A DNA stretch of 64,000 nucleotides from Chara braunii. Its lineage: Eukaryota > Plantae > Charophyceae. Location of the stretch: positions 6,297,115 through 6,361,114 of the forward strand of contig BFEA01000007.1 in assembly GCA_003427395.1 (NCBI GenBank), given 5' to 3'. Shown piece after piece: positions 23,134 to 35,128 of the stretch. The position numbers and the translations under genes are program-made. The first letter of the stretch is position 1, and each line of letters starts with the position of its first letter. The notes beneath the pieces are model-generated. The model did not search any database. It saw only the letters and a list, made by a program, of their open reading frames with translations, and was not told the DNA's origin.

Positions 23134-26100
23134 TGTCAGGTGGCTGCCAACCAGCCGATTGCACCCTCTTACCAAACAAAGATGATTTTTTCGGCGTGTT
23201 TTCCTTGGTCCTTCACTTATTTTGTGTGGATGCATATGACTGTCTGGCCTGGGGGTGTGCATGAATTGCTAGGTCCCCTTACTAACCTCTAGACGAACAG
23301 GGGTGACAACTCGGAAGGAGCTCGCAAGCAGGGGCAGGCACGGACGGGAGGATCAGAGAATCCCAAGGGTCAGTCAAGGAAGGGGGGAAAAGCGACTGGC
23401 TTTTATCCAAAGTCTGATGCCAGGGCGCTGATGTGAGACCACGGTCCGACCTCTATCATTGCCGAGTAGGATGATTCGGTGACCGATACGGTGTGATCAC
23501 TATGACGCCCCTTCATAAGTTCAGCATAATGATCGGTATGAGGACTGGCTCATCGTCCTCGGCGTCAATGGCTCCTGCGACCATACTGGTGGGGCGAGTA
23601 ATTCAAAGTGACTAGCTTCGGTACTCACAACGATTGGTTACTGGGCACCATTCGGCATACGGTGGGCTGGCGTGGCGGCGGATCCTCTCCTGCCCCAACG
23701 ATCTAAGACATGGCGCAAGGTGCCTGTGGCTTTGGGAAAAGGGGTCCCACGCTGTAAGGGCCGACAGCTTCGCAAGGAATAACGACGGGGTGACTATTCA
23801 AGTCAGAATAATTCGACCTAAGAAAAGACGAATGGTCAATGGGCGGGATAGCGGTGGGGAACGCTGCGCCCCTCAAAAGATTACACGCCTGATAGGCAGG
23901 ATTGCAGTGGTGGGGCCGGGCATAGTCGATGAAGGCCCCTTGAGGAAGCCTGTTCAAATTTCCCGCAAGGAGGGCGGCCCAGTGCGCACTGACCGGGGTC
24001 ATCCAGAATAAAATGGTAGACGAATGGTGACAATCTCGGTGAACTGAACGTCGCCCCTGCCCTCTGACAAGAGCCTCTGATAAGAAAAAGAAAAGGGGGG
24101 GGGCGACCAAGGAAGAATCTGAAGCGAATGGTCTTAGGAGAGACTAAGGGAAGCTAGGGTTGACAAATGAAGAGGGTAGGAGGAGGCCGCGAAGGATGAT
24201 GCATCTTGGGCAGGTAGCATTGTCAGCCGAGAGTAAACCAAGATGGATTGGATAAGCTCACATGACCGGTAATGGGTGATCAGCAGCCTCTACGACTGAC
24301 CAAGGAATAAGATGAGAGCGAAGGGAGGGGATGACTTGCGTTGCTACAACAAGGATACAATTGAGTTTTTGGAGGTACTCCCCGTAACCGTTCCGATCAG
24401 AGGAGAGCAAGAGGGACTGGGGCCCGAGGTAGCGGAAGCTGAACGGACGGGAGAAAGCGGGAGCGAGAGACGTCTAGGGAGGTTGTGCAAGGACCGACGA
24501 TTTTAATCCCAGAGTCCACGAAGGAGAGCTTGTGATTGGGAAGAGAAAATTAGGGTGGGAAACTTGGAAAATTTTGAGATTTTCATGAGCAAGAAGCTCC
24601 AGAGAGACTGCGCGAGGGCGAGCGACTTTAATCCCAGAATCCACGAAGAAGAGCTTGTGATAAGGAAGAGAAAATCAGGGCGGGAAACTTGGAAAATTTT
24701 GAGATTTTCGGGAGCAAGAAACCTCCAAGGAGACAGCAAGAGGGCGAGCGACTTTAATCCCAGAATCCTCGAAGAAGAGCTTGTGATTGGGAAGAGAAAA
24801 TCAGGGCGGGAAACTTGGAAAATTTTGAGATTTTCGGGAGCAAGAAACGTCCAGGGAGACTGCGCGAGGGCGAGCGACTTTAATCCCAGAATCCGCGAAG
24901 AAAAGCTTGTGATTGCGGAGAGAAAATCAGAGCGGGAAACTTGGAAATTTTTGAGATTTTCGGGAGCAAGAAACATCTAGGGAGAATGCGTGAGCACAAA
25001 CTGCTTCAGTCCTAGAGTTCGCAAAGCGGAAAACTTAGGAAACTTGAGATTTTCGGAATTCACATGGCAAGGATGAAGGAGAAGGAGAGAGCGGGAAATG
25101 TCCACGGGAGCTACGGGGGGGGACACGGGACTTCAATCCTAGCAACAGGAAAAGCGAGCTTGTGATTGGAAGGAAGTTTCAAGGCGGGAACAATTTCGAA
25201 AATGCTCATGCAACTCGGGAGGTGGGGCTCAGACCGTGGTTTGAAGGGGGAAAAGGAGTATAAAAGAGAAGGAGAGAAGTGTGAAAAAAGAGGGGGGGGG
25301 TGAAAAAAAAAGAGAAATAGGAAGAGAAGGGAAGGGCGAACGTAGACGGCGTCCGTAGAAGAGCGCTTGAGTGGAGTGCACGTGTGCGAGCTGGGGTGGG
25401 CCTTCGGTAGCGCCAGAGATCGACTCAGGCCAGAGAGAGCACAGGGGAAGAGAGAGATGAAAGAGAGAGAGAGAGGGGAAGGAGAGAGGGGCAAAGAAGA
25501 AGAGAAAGATCGGGCGAACGTAGCCGGCGTCCGCAGAAGAGCGCTCGAGTAGAGTGCACGGGCGCGGACTGGGGTGGGCCTTCGGTAGCGCTTGAGATCG
25601 ACTAAGACCAGAGAGAGCACAAGGGAAGAGAGAGACGAAAAAGACAGAGAAAGGGGAACCAGAGAGGGGTGAAGAAGAAAAGAAAGATCGGGTGAACGTA
25701 GACGGCGTTCACAGTAGAGCGCTCGAGTGGAATGCACGTGAGATGACTGGGGTGGGCCTTCGGTAGCGCTTGAGATTGACTTAGGCCAGAGAGAGCACGG
25801 GGGAAGAGAGAGAGAGGGGAAGGAGAGAGGGGCGAAGAAGAAAAGAAAGATCGGGCGAACGTAGACGGCGTCCGCAGAACAGCGCTCGAGTGGAATGCAT
25901 GTGCGCGGACTAGGGTAGGCCTTCAGTAGTGCTTGAGATTGACTCAGGCCAGAGAGAGCACAAGGGAAGAGAGAGACGAAAAAGAGAGAGAGAGGGGAAG
26001 GAGAGAGGGGCGAAGAAGAAAAGAAAGATCGGGCGAACGTAGACGACATCCGCAGAAGAACGCTCGAGTGGAGTGCACGCTCGCGAGCTGGGGTGGGCCT

Positions 26101-28736
26101 TCGGTAGCGCTTCAGATGGACTCAAGCCAAAGATATCATAGGGGAAGAGAGACGAAAAAGAGAGAGAGAGGGGAAGGAGAGAGGGGCGAAGAAGAAAAAA
26201 AAGATCAGGTGAACATGCACGGCGTCCGCAAAAAAGCGCTCGAGTGGAGTGCACGCACGTGGACTGGGGTAGGCCTTCGGTAGCGCTTCAGATCGACTCA
26301 GGCCAGAGAGAGCACAGGGAAGAGAGAGACGAAAAAGAGAGAGAGGGGAAGGAGAGGGGCGAAGAAGAAGAGAAAGATCGGGCGAACGTAGCCAGCGTCC
26401 GCAGAACAGCGCTCGAGTGGAGTGCACACGCATGGACGGGGGTGGGCCTCCGGTAGCGCTTGAGATCGACTCAGGCCAGAGAGAGCACAGGGGAAGAGAG
26501 AGACGAAAAAGAGAGAGAGAGGGGAAGGAGAGAGGGGCGAAGAAGAAAAGAAAGATCGGGCGAACGTAGACAGCGTCTGCAAAGAGCGCTCCAGTGGAGT
26601 GCACGTGCACGGACTGGGGTGGGCCTTTGGTAGCGCTTGAGATCGACTCAGGCCAGAGAGATCACAGGGGAAGAGAGACGAAAAAGAGAGAGAGAGGGGA
26701 ACGAGAGAGGGGCGAAGAAGAAAAAAAAGATCAGGCGAACATGCACGGCGTCCACAGAAGAGCGCTCGAGTTGAGTGCACGCGCGCGGACTGAGGTAGGC
26801 CTTCGGTAGCGCTTGATATCGACTCGGGTCCGAGAGAGTGGGGAGGAGGGGACACAGAAAGGGAGAGAAAGGAGAAGGAAACAACGGTGAAGAAAGGAAG
26901 CGGTCCTAGCCACCTACGGAGGAAGTAAGGGGCGAAAGTCGGCTAGCTCGAAGGTGGGCAAGACTGGCGCAAAAGGCTTGGGGAAGACGAGCGGCGCTCA
27001 TGACTCTTGGAGTCGTCAAACGGAGGACGGGTGGGCCAAGGGATAGCCCGACAAAAGCAGTTCGAGAGCTCTGTGGGAGTCTGCAGTAACTACGTGGCTC
27101 GACGAAGTTCACCGGCAGTCGGGACAACTTACGAAGAGGTACAGTTGGCTCATGTTGGGGAAAAAGGCCGGAACTTGTGAGAAGGCCGCCGGTTGAGCTC
27201 CGGCGCCAAGGTAATGCCGAATGATAAGAGGAGCCAAGAACGATTGTACTGGCAATCGAGAAAGAGGAAGAGAAGGGGGGGAACAGCCTGGACAAGGGCT
27301 CCGGCCTGCTACATCAAAGATAGCGGGGTCTTGAGGGCAAGTTGTACCGTCGGCCAAAGGAGGACTAGTGCACGGCAAAGCTCAACCAAAAAGGAGAAGC
27401 AATTTCGGGAGACCGCGCGGGTCGAGTCGTCAGGAGGTCGTTCAGGGTGCATCCGAGGTTGACATTCCAGCGACTATAGACAATGACAAGGTGTGGCTAT
27501 GAGTCAAGGCTTGGAACCATATTTTCCTCGAGCAAGAGAGAGCGGCATCCTCGGGCCACGTTGGCATCCTCAACAGAAGCACTGGATCTTGACAGACAAA
27601 AGCGTGTCACTCAGGCATTGGGTCTTTTATTTGAACGCTGGCCATCAAAAATATCGGGTCACTTACCTTCCACCTTTAGCTGTGAGCCTATGACAGGGAG
27701 CATTAGAAAGGGCTCGTGCGTGAGAGAGAGGAAGAGAGACAGAAAGAGAGAGGGAGAGAAGGGAGAGGGAAAGAAAGGGAGAGAGGAAGCGAGAAGGGCC
27801 GTATGGTCGACTTGTTCGGGTGCATCGGTTCTCGTTGGCGATACCGACGGGGTGCCTCGTCAATTTGGAAGCTGGTAGTCGTTGTGTGGGCACCAGGCGC
27901 TGACGAGGGGGAGGAACTCTAGAGACATAAGTTGGTAGTTGCGAGAGAGCACCAGAATTGAAACTCGAATTCAGAGCTTTCATTATCAGTCTCCAATAGG
28001 CACTTCCCAGACGTAGTCAACGCTGCTTTGCCGTGCATGTGAGAGAAAGAGAGAGGAAGAGAGAGAGAGAGAAAAAGGAAGAGAGAGAAAAAAAAAAAAA
28101 GAAGGGGGGCGTGAAAGAGAAAGATAGCGAGGAGAGCCGCATGACCAACTTCTTAAGGTGTTGCTGATACCGACATAGGGCTTTGTCAATTTGAAAGTTG
28201 GTAGTCGTTGTGTGGTCTTAATCTGGGCGCCGAGCGCCGAAGGGGGGGAAGGACCCTCGAGACGTGAGTTGATAATGGCGAGAGTGCAATCGCATTAAAA
28301 CTGATATAGTGCTTGTTTTTTTTCTTCTTGATTGGTGTCTTTTCTCGTTCTAGTCAGCACTGTTTTTCCTGGCTCACGGATCGTCATGTACGTATACGTA
28401 TGAGAGAGAAAGAGAGGAAAAGAGAGAGAGGGGAAGAGAAAGGGGGAAAGAGAGGGGAGGTGAAGGTCGTGGACCTCCCCTGGCTCGGCACGGTCAGTGC
28501 CCGGACTCATTCCTTTTTTTTCAGATTGTTTGAAGCACCGCTGGTTTTGCGTTGTCGGACCGTTGGGTCTAATACTGCCTGGCTAACCTTGTCAAACAAA
28601 GGATCGGGCCCGACACAACAAAAAGGGACAATTGGGGATTCGCTCAGGGCTGGTAACTGCTATAGAATTAAGAGAGAATTAAAGAAGAAAACCCGCTGGT
28701 AACTGAAGCTCGGTGTGAGAGCCCCCTTAGACGACA
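23134..28736 (+). repeat. 3' LTR (~5.6 kb) with 4x126-bp and 9x~178-bp internal arrays
   Basis: Starts tgtcaggtggctgcc, ends gagcccccttagacgaca. Homologous throughout to 6240-11026. Confidence 0.88.
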
Positions 28737-31700
28737 GCGTCTGCGGGTGTTTCATAGAGTACATGAAGTCCGATTGGTTGGTACCAACTCAGACTGCCCC
28801 GTGGGCCTCCTCAAGCCGCTTTTGCATTTTCAAATGCTGCCCCCTTGAGTCCAAATCCCCAAGGGGCAGCCTCATTTGAAAAAAAAAAGCCTCACAGATT
28901 TTTTTCTCGATTTTCTCTGATTCTATCCCATTTTGGGTAGGCCGAGATATTTTCCCATGCCTCGGTGCTATCTCTGCCTTGGATTTGGCTGAGATCGAAG
29001 GCTAGCAATATTTCGATCTACCTCCAAGTAGTTCGTGCTTCAATTTTGAACCCCAATGCTCACTTTTTCAATTTTTAGTGTATATGACCCTCTTTTTGGG
29101 CGAAATGCACAGGTCCGTCTTTTTCCCTCTTTTGTTTTTGTTTTCCGTTTTGGGCTGCCAACTCATTCCGTAGTTGGCCATTTGAGCAGGCCCCACAAAA
29201 ACGACCACATGCTCTTCTCCATGAGATCCGGTCTCAGATCTATTACCCACAAAAAAACCTGCCAACTCCTTTTTATTTTTTCTCTCAATTTTGTTTTTTT
29301 AATTAAGATATTGTTGAGATAATGCCCCAAGGGCCTTATCTCTGCAATCTGGATTGCCCTCCACCAAATCTGGATGGATGAGATCAGAGTAGGGATCTGC
29401 CAATCCCTACTATGCCAGTCCCAACTGACCAGCGCATCCTCCTCCATCCTTTTCTCCCCTTTTGTATCATTCCCGCTTTTTTTTCTCTCATTTTTCTCTT
29501 TTTTATTTTATTTTTTATGTTGTGACAAATGTCGAGCTGCTGTGAACTCTAATTCTAGGGCTTAGATCTTCATTCATGGTCAGATTCACACCCAACAGTT
29601 GGCTGTTACATCTCGAATTACAATAATGACGCCTCCGTGCTCATGGGGGATCCTTTTTGCCCCCGTTTTTTCAATTTTTAGCCCCCCTTTGCTCCGACTT
29701 TTCCTTGGCCGCTAATTTTATGCATAGGGTCCCTTGGGGCTCTATTGTCTTATGCCTTGCAGGTCCGACATATCTCGGATCGCTGGACAGTCTTCCCTTC
29801 ACCTTTTTTTCTCTCCTTTTTGCCTCCTACCACCTTATCCCTTGGCCCATTCAGGTTTTGCACCAAAAGTGACTAATATTTTTCATCGTTAAGATCTTAA
29901 TCTTGAAGGTGTCACTTGTTTTGCATGTTCATCTCTTTTGCTGGCTCTTGGTTTCCTTGGAACAACTCAAGTCCCCATTATTCTCCCCAAGCTAGTCTCA
30001 TTTTCTAGTCCTAGCGGTGGTCCCGTCGGCACATGTCCCAATTTTCGACTATTTTTGTTTTGGTTCATCCAGTCCCCGACATCATTCCCGATGAAGTCCC
30101 ATTTTTATTTTGGGCTTCCCAGTCCCCGACAGTCACAATGTCTCCCTCTCATGGGCCTCAAGTGCCATGAATATTCTCGGTCGCGAGATCCACCATCTCG
30201 TGGCCACCATTTACCGTCTCCATTTGCCCAAGTCTAATCACTCTTTTCTAGTGTTTTGGGTGTGCCATGACTATTTTTCTCTTGTCCTAGGGACCCCCTT
30301 GCAGTCCTCTATTTCTCAGACTGCCGTAAGGGCATTTTTCCTAGCCTCATTGCCCCCACAACTTGCCTCAAGCTGAAACAAAAAGAAACGACCAATTTCC
30401 AAGTGCATCTGGGCTCAATGTCGGCTCCAGATGTACCAAAACCATGTGTTTTCCTCTCCTTTTGCAATCCATTGTATCTCGGTTGCAAGAGGCCTTGATT
30501 TTCTTTGATTTTCTTTGATTTTCTATGAAAAATTTTAAAAAAATCTAAATACTTTGGAACCGACATATCCCATAATACATCGGGTTAAGGATGTATCTCC
30601 CTAAGTGGCCGTTTTTTACTGTTAGTGTCATTTTCCCTTTTCTTTTCTTTTCCTTTTTTTTTCCCTCCAAATTTGAATAGTAGGGACCTGTCAGTCCCTA
30701 CTTGTATCAGTCCCTACTGAAGGCCTAGTCACTCACTCCCTCTCACTCCGCTTGTCTTATTCTTCTATTTTTTTCTCCTCCTTTTTCTTTTCTTTTTCTT
30801 TATTTTTTTAGCATGTCAAGTACTAACTAGTTGTTGAGGCATTTTTTAGGCCCCTCCTCTTGGTTTTGGCTCTTCCTATGCCCAAGGTGCAGTCCGTTAT
30901 TTCTCGAACTGCAACTGTGGCCCCTCAACGCCCACGGGAGCCTCATTTTGTCTCTTTTTCCTCCAAACTGTACCCCTCCTACTCCAATATTTTCCCGGAG
31001 GCTTATTTCTCACATGGAGCCTCTCTAGGCTCCTTTTTCTTCAAGGTGGCTGATCCGAGATATTTCAGATTACTTCCATGCCTCTTCCCTTATTTTCCTT
31101 TGTTTTCTTTTCTCTTTTGGTCCTCTTGTTTGCTTCCACTAGTACTTGCACTAGTGGTGCTAATATTCTTGGTCGTTCAGATCTTTATCTTGACAACGCA
31201 CCTTGCTTTGAATATTTATTTCTCATAGCTTTTCACAACTTTTCCTTGGGACATCACAAGTTCTCGCTACTCGTCCCACGCTAGTTCCCATCGGTGGTCC
31301 TGCCGACACTTGTCCCTTGCTAGTCCCCGATACTTGTTTCGTCGATGATACCGTCGGCACTTGTCCCGCCGGTGGTCCCGCCAGTGCTCGTCCCAAAATA
31401 GCATTATTTTTACTTAGTCTCATACGGTTCCCGACATCTTTCATCACGGTGTCCTGGTCTCTCTTAGCATTTTACACCTCATGGCGGCCCCATTTCCTTG
31501 TTTCTTTCCATGTCTCTTGCGCGCTCTTGCCGGTCGTGGGCATTTGCTCTTGCGGCCACCGTTGGTTACCCTAAGTGGCCCCCAAGTTGAGCCCTTGTTT
31601 TGTAGCGTCTTGCAGTCGTCAAGGCTCTCCTTCTCATGGTCTCGATCTTCTCTTGTAGTCCACTGTGTCCCGCTTGCTTAACTCACGGCTCTTTGGACCC

Positions 31701-32804
31701 TTGCCATGCCGATTTCAAGCGACTTTCTTGGCCCCGTGCTACACTCCCATGCGTCTACGGGTCGTCACTCATTCTCTTGACGTCGTTGGCCCCCTTCACC
31801 ATGAGGCGTTCAGCCTAGGGTATTATTTTTTCGATGGTCCTCCTTCTTTTGAGGAAGGAGGGTCGCCTTTACTATTTTCTCGCGGCCCTTTTGCCGCTTG
31901 CTATTCTACTAATTTTATTCTTGGCCCAGTGGTTTCGGCGACTCAGGGTATTCTCTGGGCCCTAGGCATTTGACCACCATGCCTTAGCCCTCCATCCTTC
32001 CTATTTATCTTACCTCCCATTTTCTCTGTTGCGCATAATTATATCGTATACTATCTTTCAAGGGTCGGGACTTGTTTCGGGACCCATAGGTCCCGACACA
32101 TTGCCCTACTCATTCACAATGTCCGCACTAGTCAGTAGTCAATGGGGAAAGCAGTGGTTTGGGGAGAAGTGGACAAGGTGGGGAAGATAGGTAGTTAGTT
32201 TGTCAGGGTCCTTATCAGTCCTTCCTTTATTTCCTTTGCACTTTCTTTCTCTTTGGTCCATACAATCCATGTTTCTCTCCCAAGTTCAACCACCAAAATG
32301 TATGTAATCAGTTTTTGGCCCGTGCAATCCGTGTTACCGTTCCCAAGCAACACATCATGTAATCTGCTTTTCGAGCCGTGCAATCCGTGTTTTTGGTCGG
32401 CCTTTCCCCCTACTCAAATGCGATGTTCCCCTCTTTCCTGACCTTGTGCGTGTTCGGGGTTAGTCGTTTTTCAAGTCTGGTTAGTTCCTCTCTTTGGTCT
32501 CATCTTTTAGTTTGTCAATTCCCTTTGTCTTTTGTTGTCCCTTCCCATACTTGGTCTCATTTTAATGCCCCTATCCTCTTATTAGGCTCCCCTTGCTTAT
32601 TCTCAAGCGGTCACCAACGCTCTTCTCATTACCATTTGCTAGGCCTTTCAAGTCATTTTCAAGTTATGTCTTGCAATCCCTCGATCTGCTCAGCTAACAT
32701 TCTCTATGCTTTCTTACACATTCCTTGTATGAGTCATTTTGATCATTTAATCGAAGTTTTTTTTCCGGTATGTGTTTAGGCAATCTCTCATGCAATTTCT
32801 TCAT

Positions 32805-33265
32805 ACCATTTTGTCAGACATTTTTCAAGTCCCAGTTCAATTCACCTTTCACGCGTCGCTTCTAGACGTTTTGCTAGACCTTTCTCAATCCCAAGCTCAA
32901 TTTTTTTTACATGCATTTTTTTTTATTTTTATTTTTTGACATTTTGCGAGACCTTTCTTAAGCGCATGCTCAATCGATTTTACATGCATATCTTTATGAA
33001 CATCTTACCAGACGTTTCTCAAGCTCAAGCTCAACCAAAGCCTCTCTTTCTAGGCATCTTGCCATACCTTTCTCAAACCCATGCTCAACCAATTTCGCAT
33101 ACATTCTTTTCTGGACATCTTGCAAGACCTTTCTCAAACCCAAATCTTAACCAATTTCGCATACATTCTCTTCTGGACATCTTTGCCAAACCTTTTTCAA
33201 GCCCAAGCTCAACCAATTTTACATGCATATCTTTCTGGACGTCTTGCTAGACCTTTCTCAACTTC
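32805..33265. repeat. ~60-bp degenerate tandem repeat
   Basis: ggacatcttgc.agacctttctcaa.cccaagctcaaccaattt repeated about 8 times. Confidence 0.85.
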
Positions 33266-33320
33266 ATAGCACTCTAATCCTTTTGGCTGTTGTTCTTTTC
33301 GTACTCTTTTTCATCGGGTA

Positions 33321-33345
33321 GATAACATGTCTTCCCCCCACTTAA
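33321..33345 (-). other. Probable PPT / 3' LTR junction of an older - strand LTR element
   Basis: The - strand reads gggacatcgcgtttaagtggggggaagaca|TGttatc, a typical gypsy PPT-TG boundary. Confidence 0.5.
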
Positions 33346-34924
33346 ACGCGATGTCCCGATCACGCAACTGGTTCTCACTCGGAGGTACGCAGACCTTGCC
33401 TGCCAACTAAATGGACAAACATCAGCCCATCGTCCCCTAAAGGGAAGGGTGATCCCTCTTCCCCTTGCTGATTACTCACCCCATCCTCCACTTAGTCCGA
33501 CGGCCACTTCTTTAAAGATGGGCGTCGTCATTGAGGTACCACCTCACATCTGACAGACAGGTCCAGTTCATGCCTCCAAGAACCCCATCTTACCATTAGT
33601 GGCTCCCTCGTGAACCGTTTCTCCCGAGTGGTAATTTTTATGGATGCGACCTCTTCCTTTCAAGAGAGTTGGGGCTCGCTATTAGTTTGTGAGTGCAGTT
33701 ACGAAGATCTCACGGTTAGTCCTGGAGCAGTTGTAATCATCCGGCAGGGTGGTGTCTATGCCCTATGGTGGTGGTGGTACTCCACCTGGTACCTTGCCTC
33801 GACCTTCCATGTGGACGGTGCTGCTTGACTTAATGCGAGCAGCCTTTATCCATCCCAAACGACCAGGCCGCCCCTCAACGCCATGGCGTGTGGTTGGAGA
33901 GATTCCAAAGAGACTTCGAAGAGCAACTCTCGACCATTTTCGAGCGCCAGGACGTCTTAGGAACTCAATGTGAGACGCAATTCAAACCTTCCGGTTAGAG
34001 CTCGTTGTTGGAGCTGGTTCCGGATGTTGAACATCTTTAATGATGCCTTAATCCTTTAACCTTGTGTCCTACTTATGAGAAACATGTCGCTCTTAGACAT
34101 TTCCCTATGGGGCAGAGGTCATGGGGTCGCGGTGCGGGTACCAAAGACTAGACGAAGAAGGAAGACTTATTTCAAATGTTATTTTCGTGATCGATCTGGC
34201 GACATCTTTTCAATTTGCCTAGGGTCCCCTATTTATGCAGTACAGTTTCCAATTCTCAGGCAAACGCTCAATCAAATGCTCTTTCCAAGTCTTTCTCATG
34301 GTTGATTCTCATGATCGATTCGGCGACCTCTTTTTCAATTAGGCCACTTCTTGTGACCAACCCATCGGTCCATCCTTAATTATCAATCTCAATCTTCTTC
34401 CAAAAGCCATTTATCATGATTGTCCAAACGGTCATCCCAATTCACGTCCTTCTCTCTTCCTTTCTCAAGGTTGTTTCTTACGACCGTCCTAACGGTTTTT
34501 CCAAGTCTCCATCGAACTCATCCAATCTCATTTTCAAGGCTGATCCTTCTGACTGACCCGACGATCATTTTCGTTTTTTATCCATCCCTTCCAATCCCTT
34601 TTAACTCCTTCTCTTGGTCACCTCTTGTGACCGTCCCGACAACCATTTCAATTCTTTATCCAACTTTTTACACTATCTTTCTCAGTGCATAATTTTCGCG
34701 GCCGACCCGTCGGCCATCTCAATTCTCACTCAACTCTTTTCAATATCCTTCTCAATGCTCAATTTTCGCGGCCGACCCGTCGGCCATGTCAATTCTCATT
34801 GAACTTTGTTCAATATTTTTTCAAGGCTCAATGCAGCTCAATCTTATTTATCCTTTATCAAACAATCATGCAAGGGGATCCAAGTGCCAATTTTTTGGTG
34901 AACCTTGTCAGGGGCCACCTTTTT

Positions 34925-35128
34925 CTATTTCAAGTCGAATGGCCTGGTTAGGGTCATTATTTTCCATCTCAAGTCAAACAACCTGGTTAGGGTAATTCGT
35001 TTTCATTTAAAGTCGAACAACCTGGTTAGGGTCATTATTTTTCATCTCAAATTGAACAACCTTGTTAGGGTCATTCTTTTCCATCTCAAATCGAACAACC
35101 TGGTTAGGGTCATTCTTTTCCATTTCAA
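34925..35128. repeat. 39-bp tandem repeat, about 5 copies
   Basis: aacaacctggttagggtcatt.ttttccatctcaa repeated; ends abruptly at tgttagcg. Confidence 0.9.

Larger units (their letters stand above)
6240..28736 (+). mobile_element. Full-length, decayed Ty3/gypsy LTR retrotransposon with accessory ORF cassette
   Basis: Paired LTRs with TG...CA ends, PBS, and gag-PR-RT-RH-IN order. Candidate 4-bp TSD gtgt (6236-6239) / gcgt (28737-28740). Confidence 0.93.
5765..28757. mobile_element. Non-autonomous TIR element (MITE, ~0.5 kb, hAT-like 8-bp TSD), split by the LTR retrotransposon; own sequence is 5765-6239 plus 28741-28757
   Basis: TSD AGTACATG at 5757-5764 and 28758-28765. Imperfect TIR ctatgaatccccc / gggtgtttcatag. 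GC-rich inverted subterminal blocks surround an AT-rich core. Confidence 0.8.
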
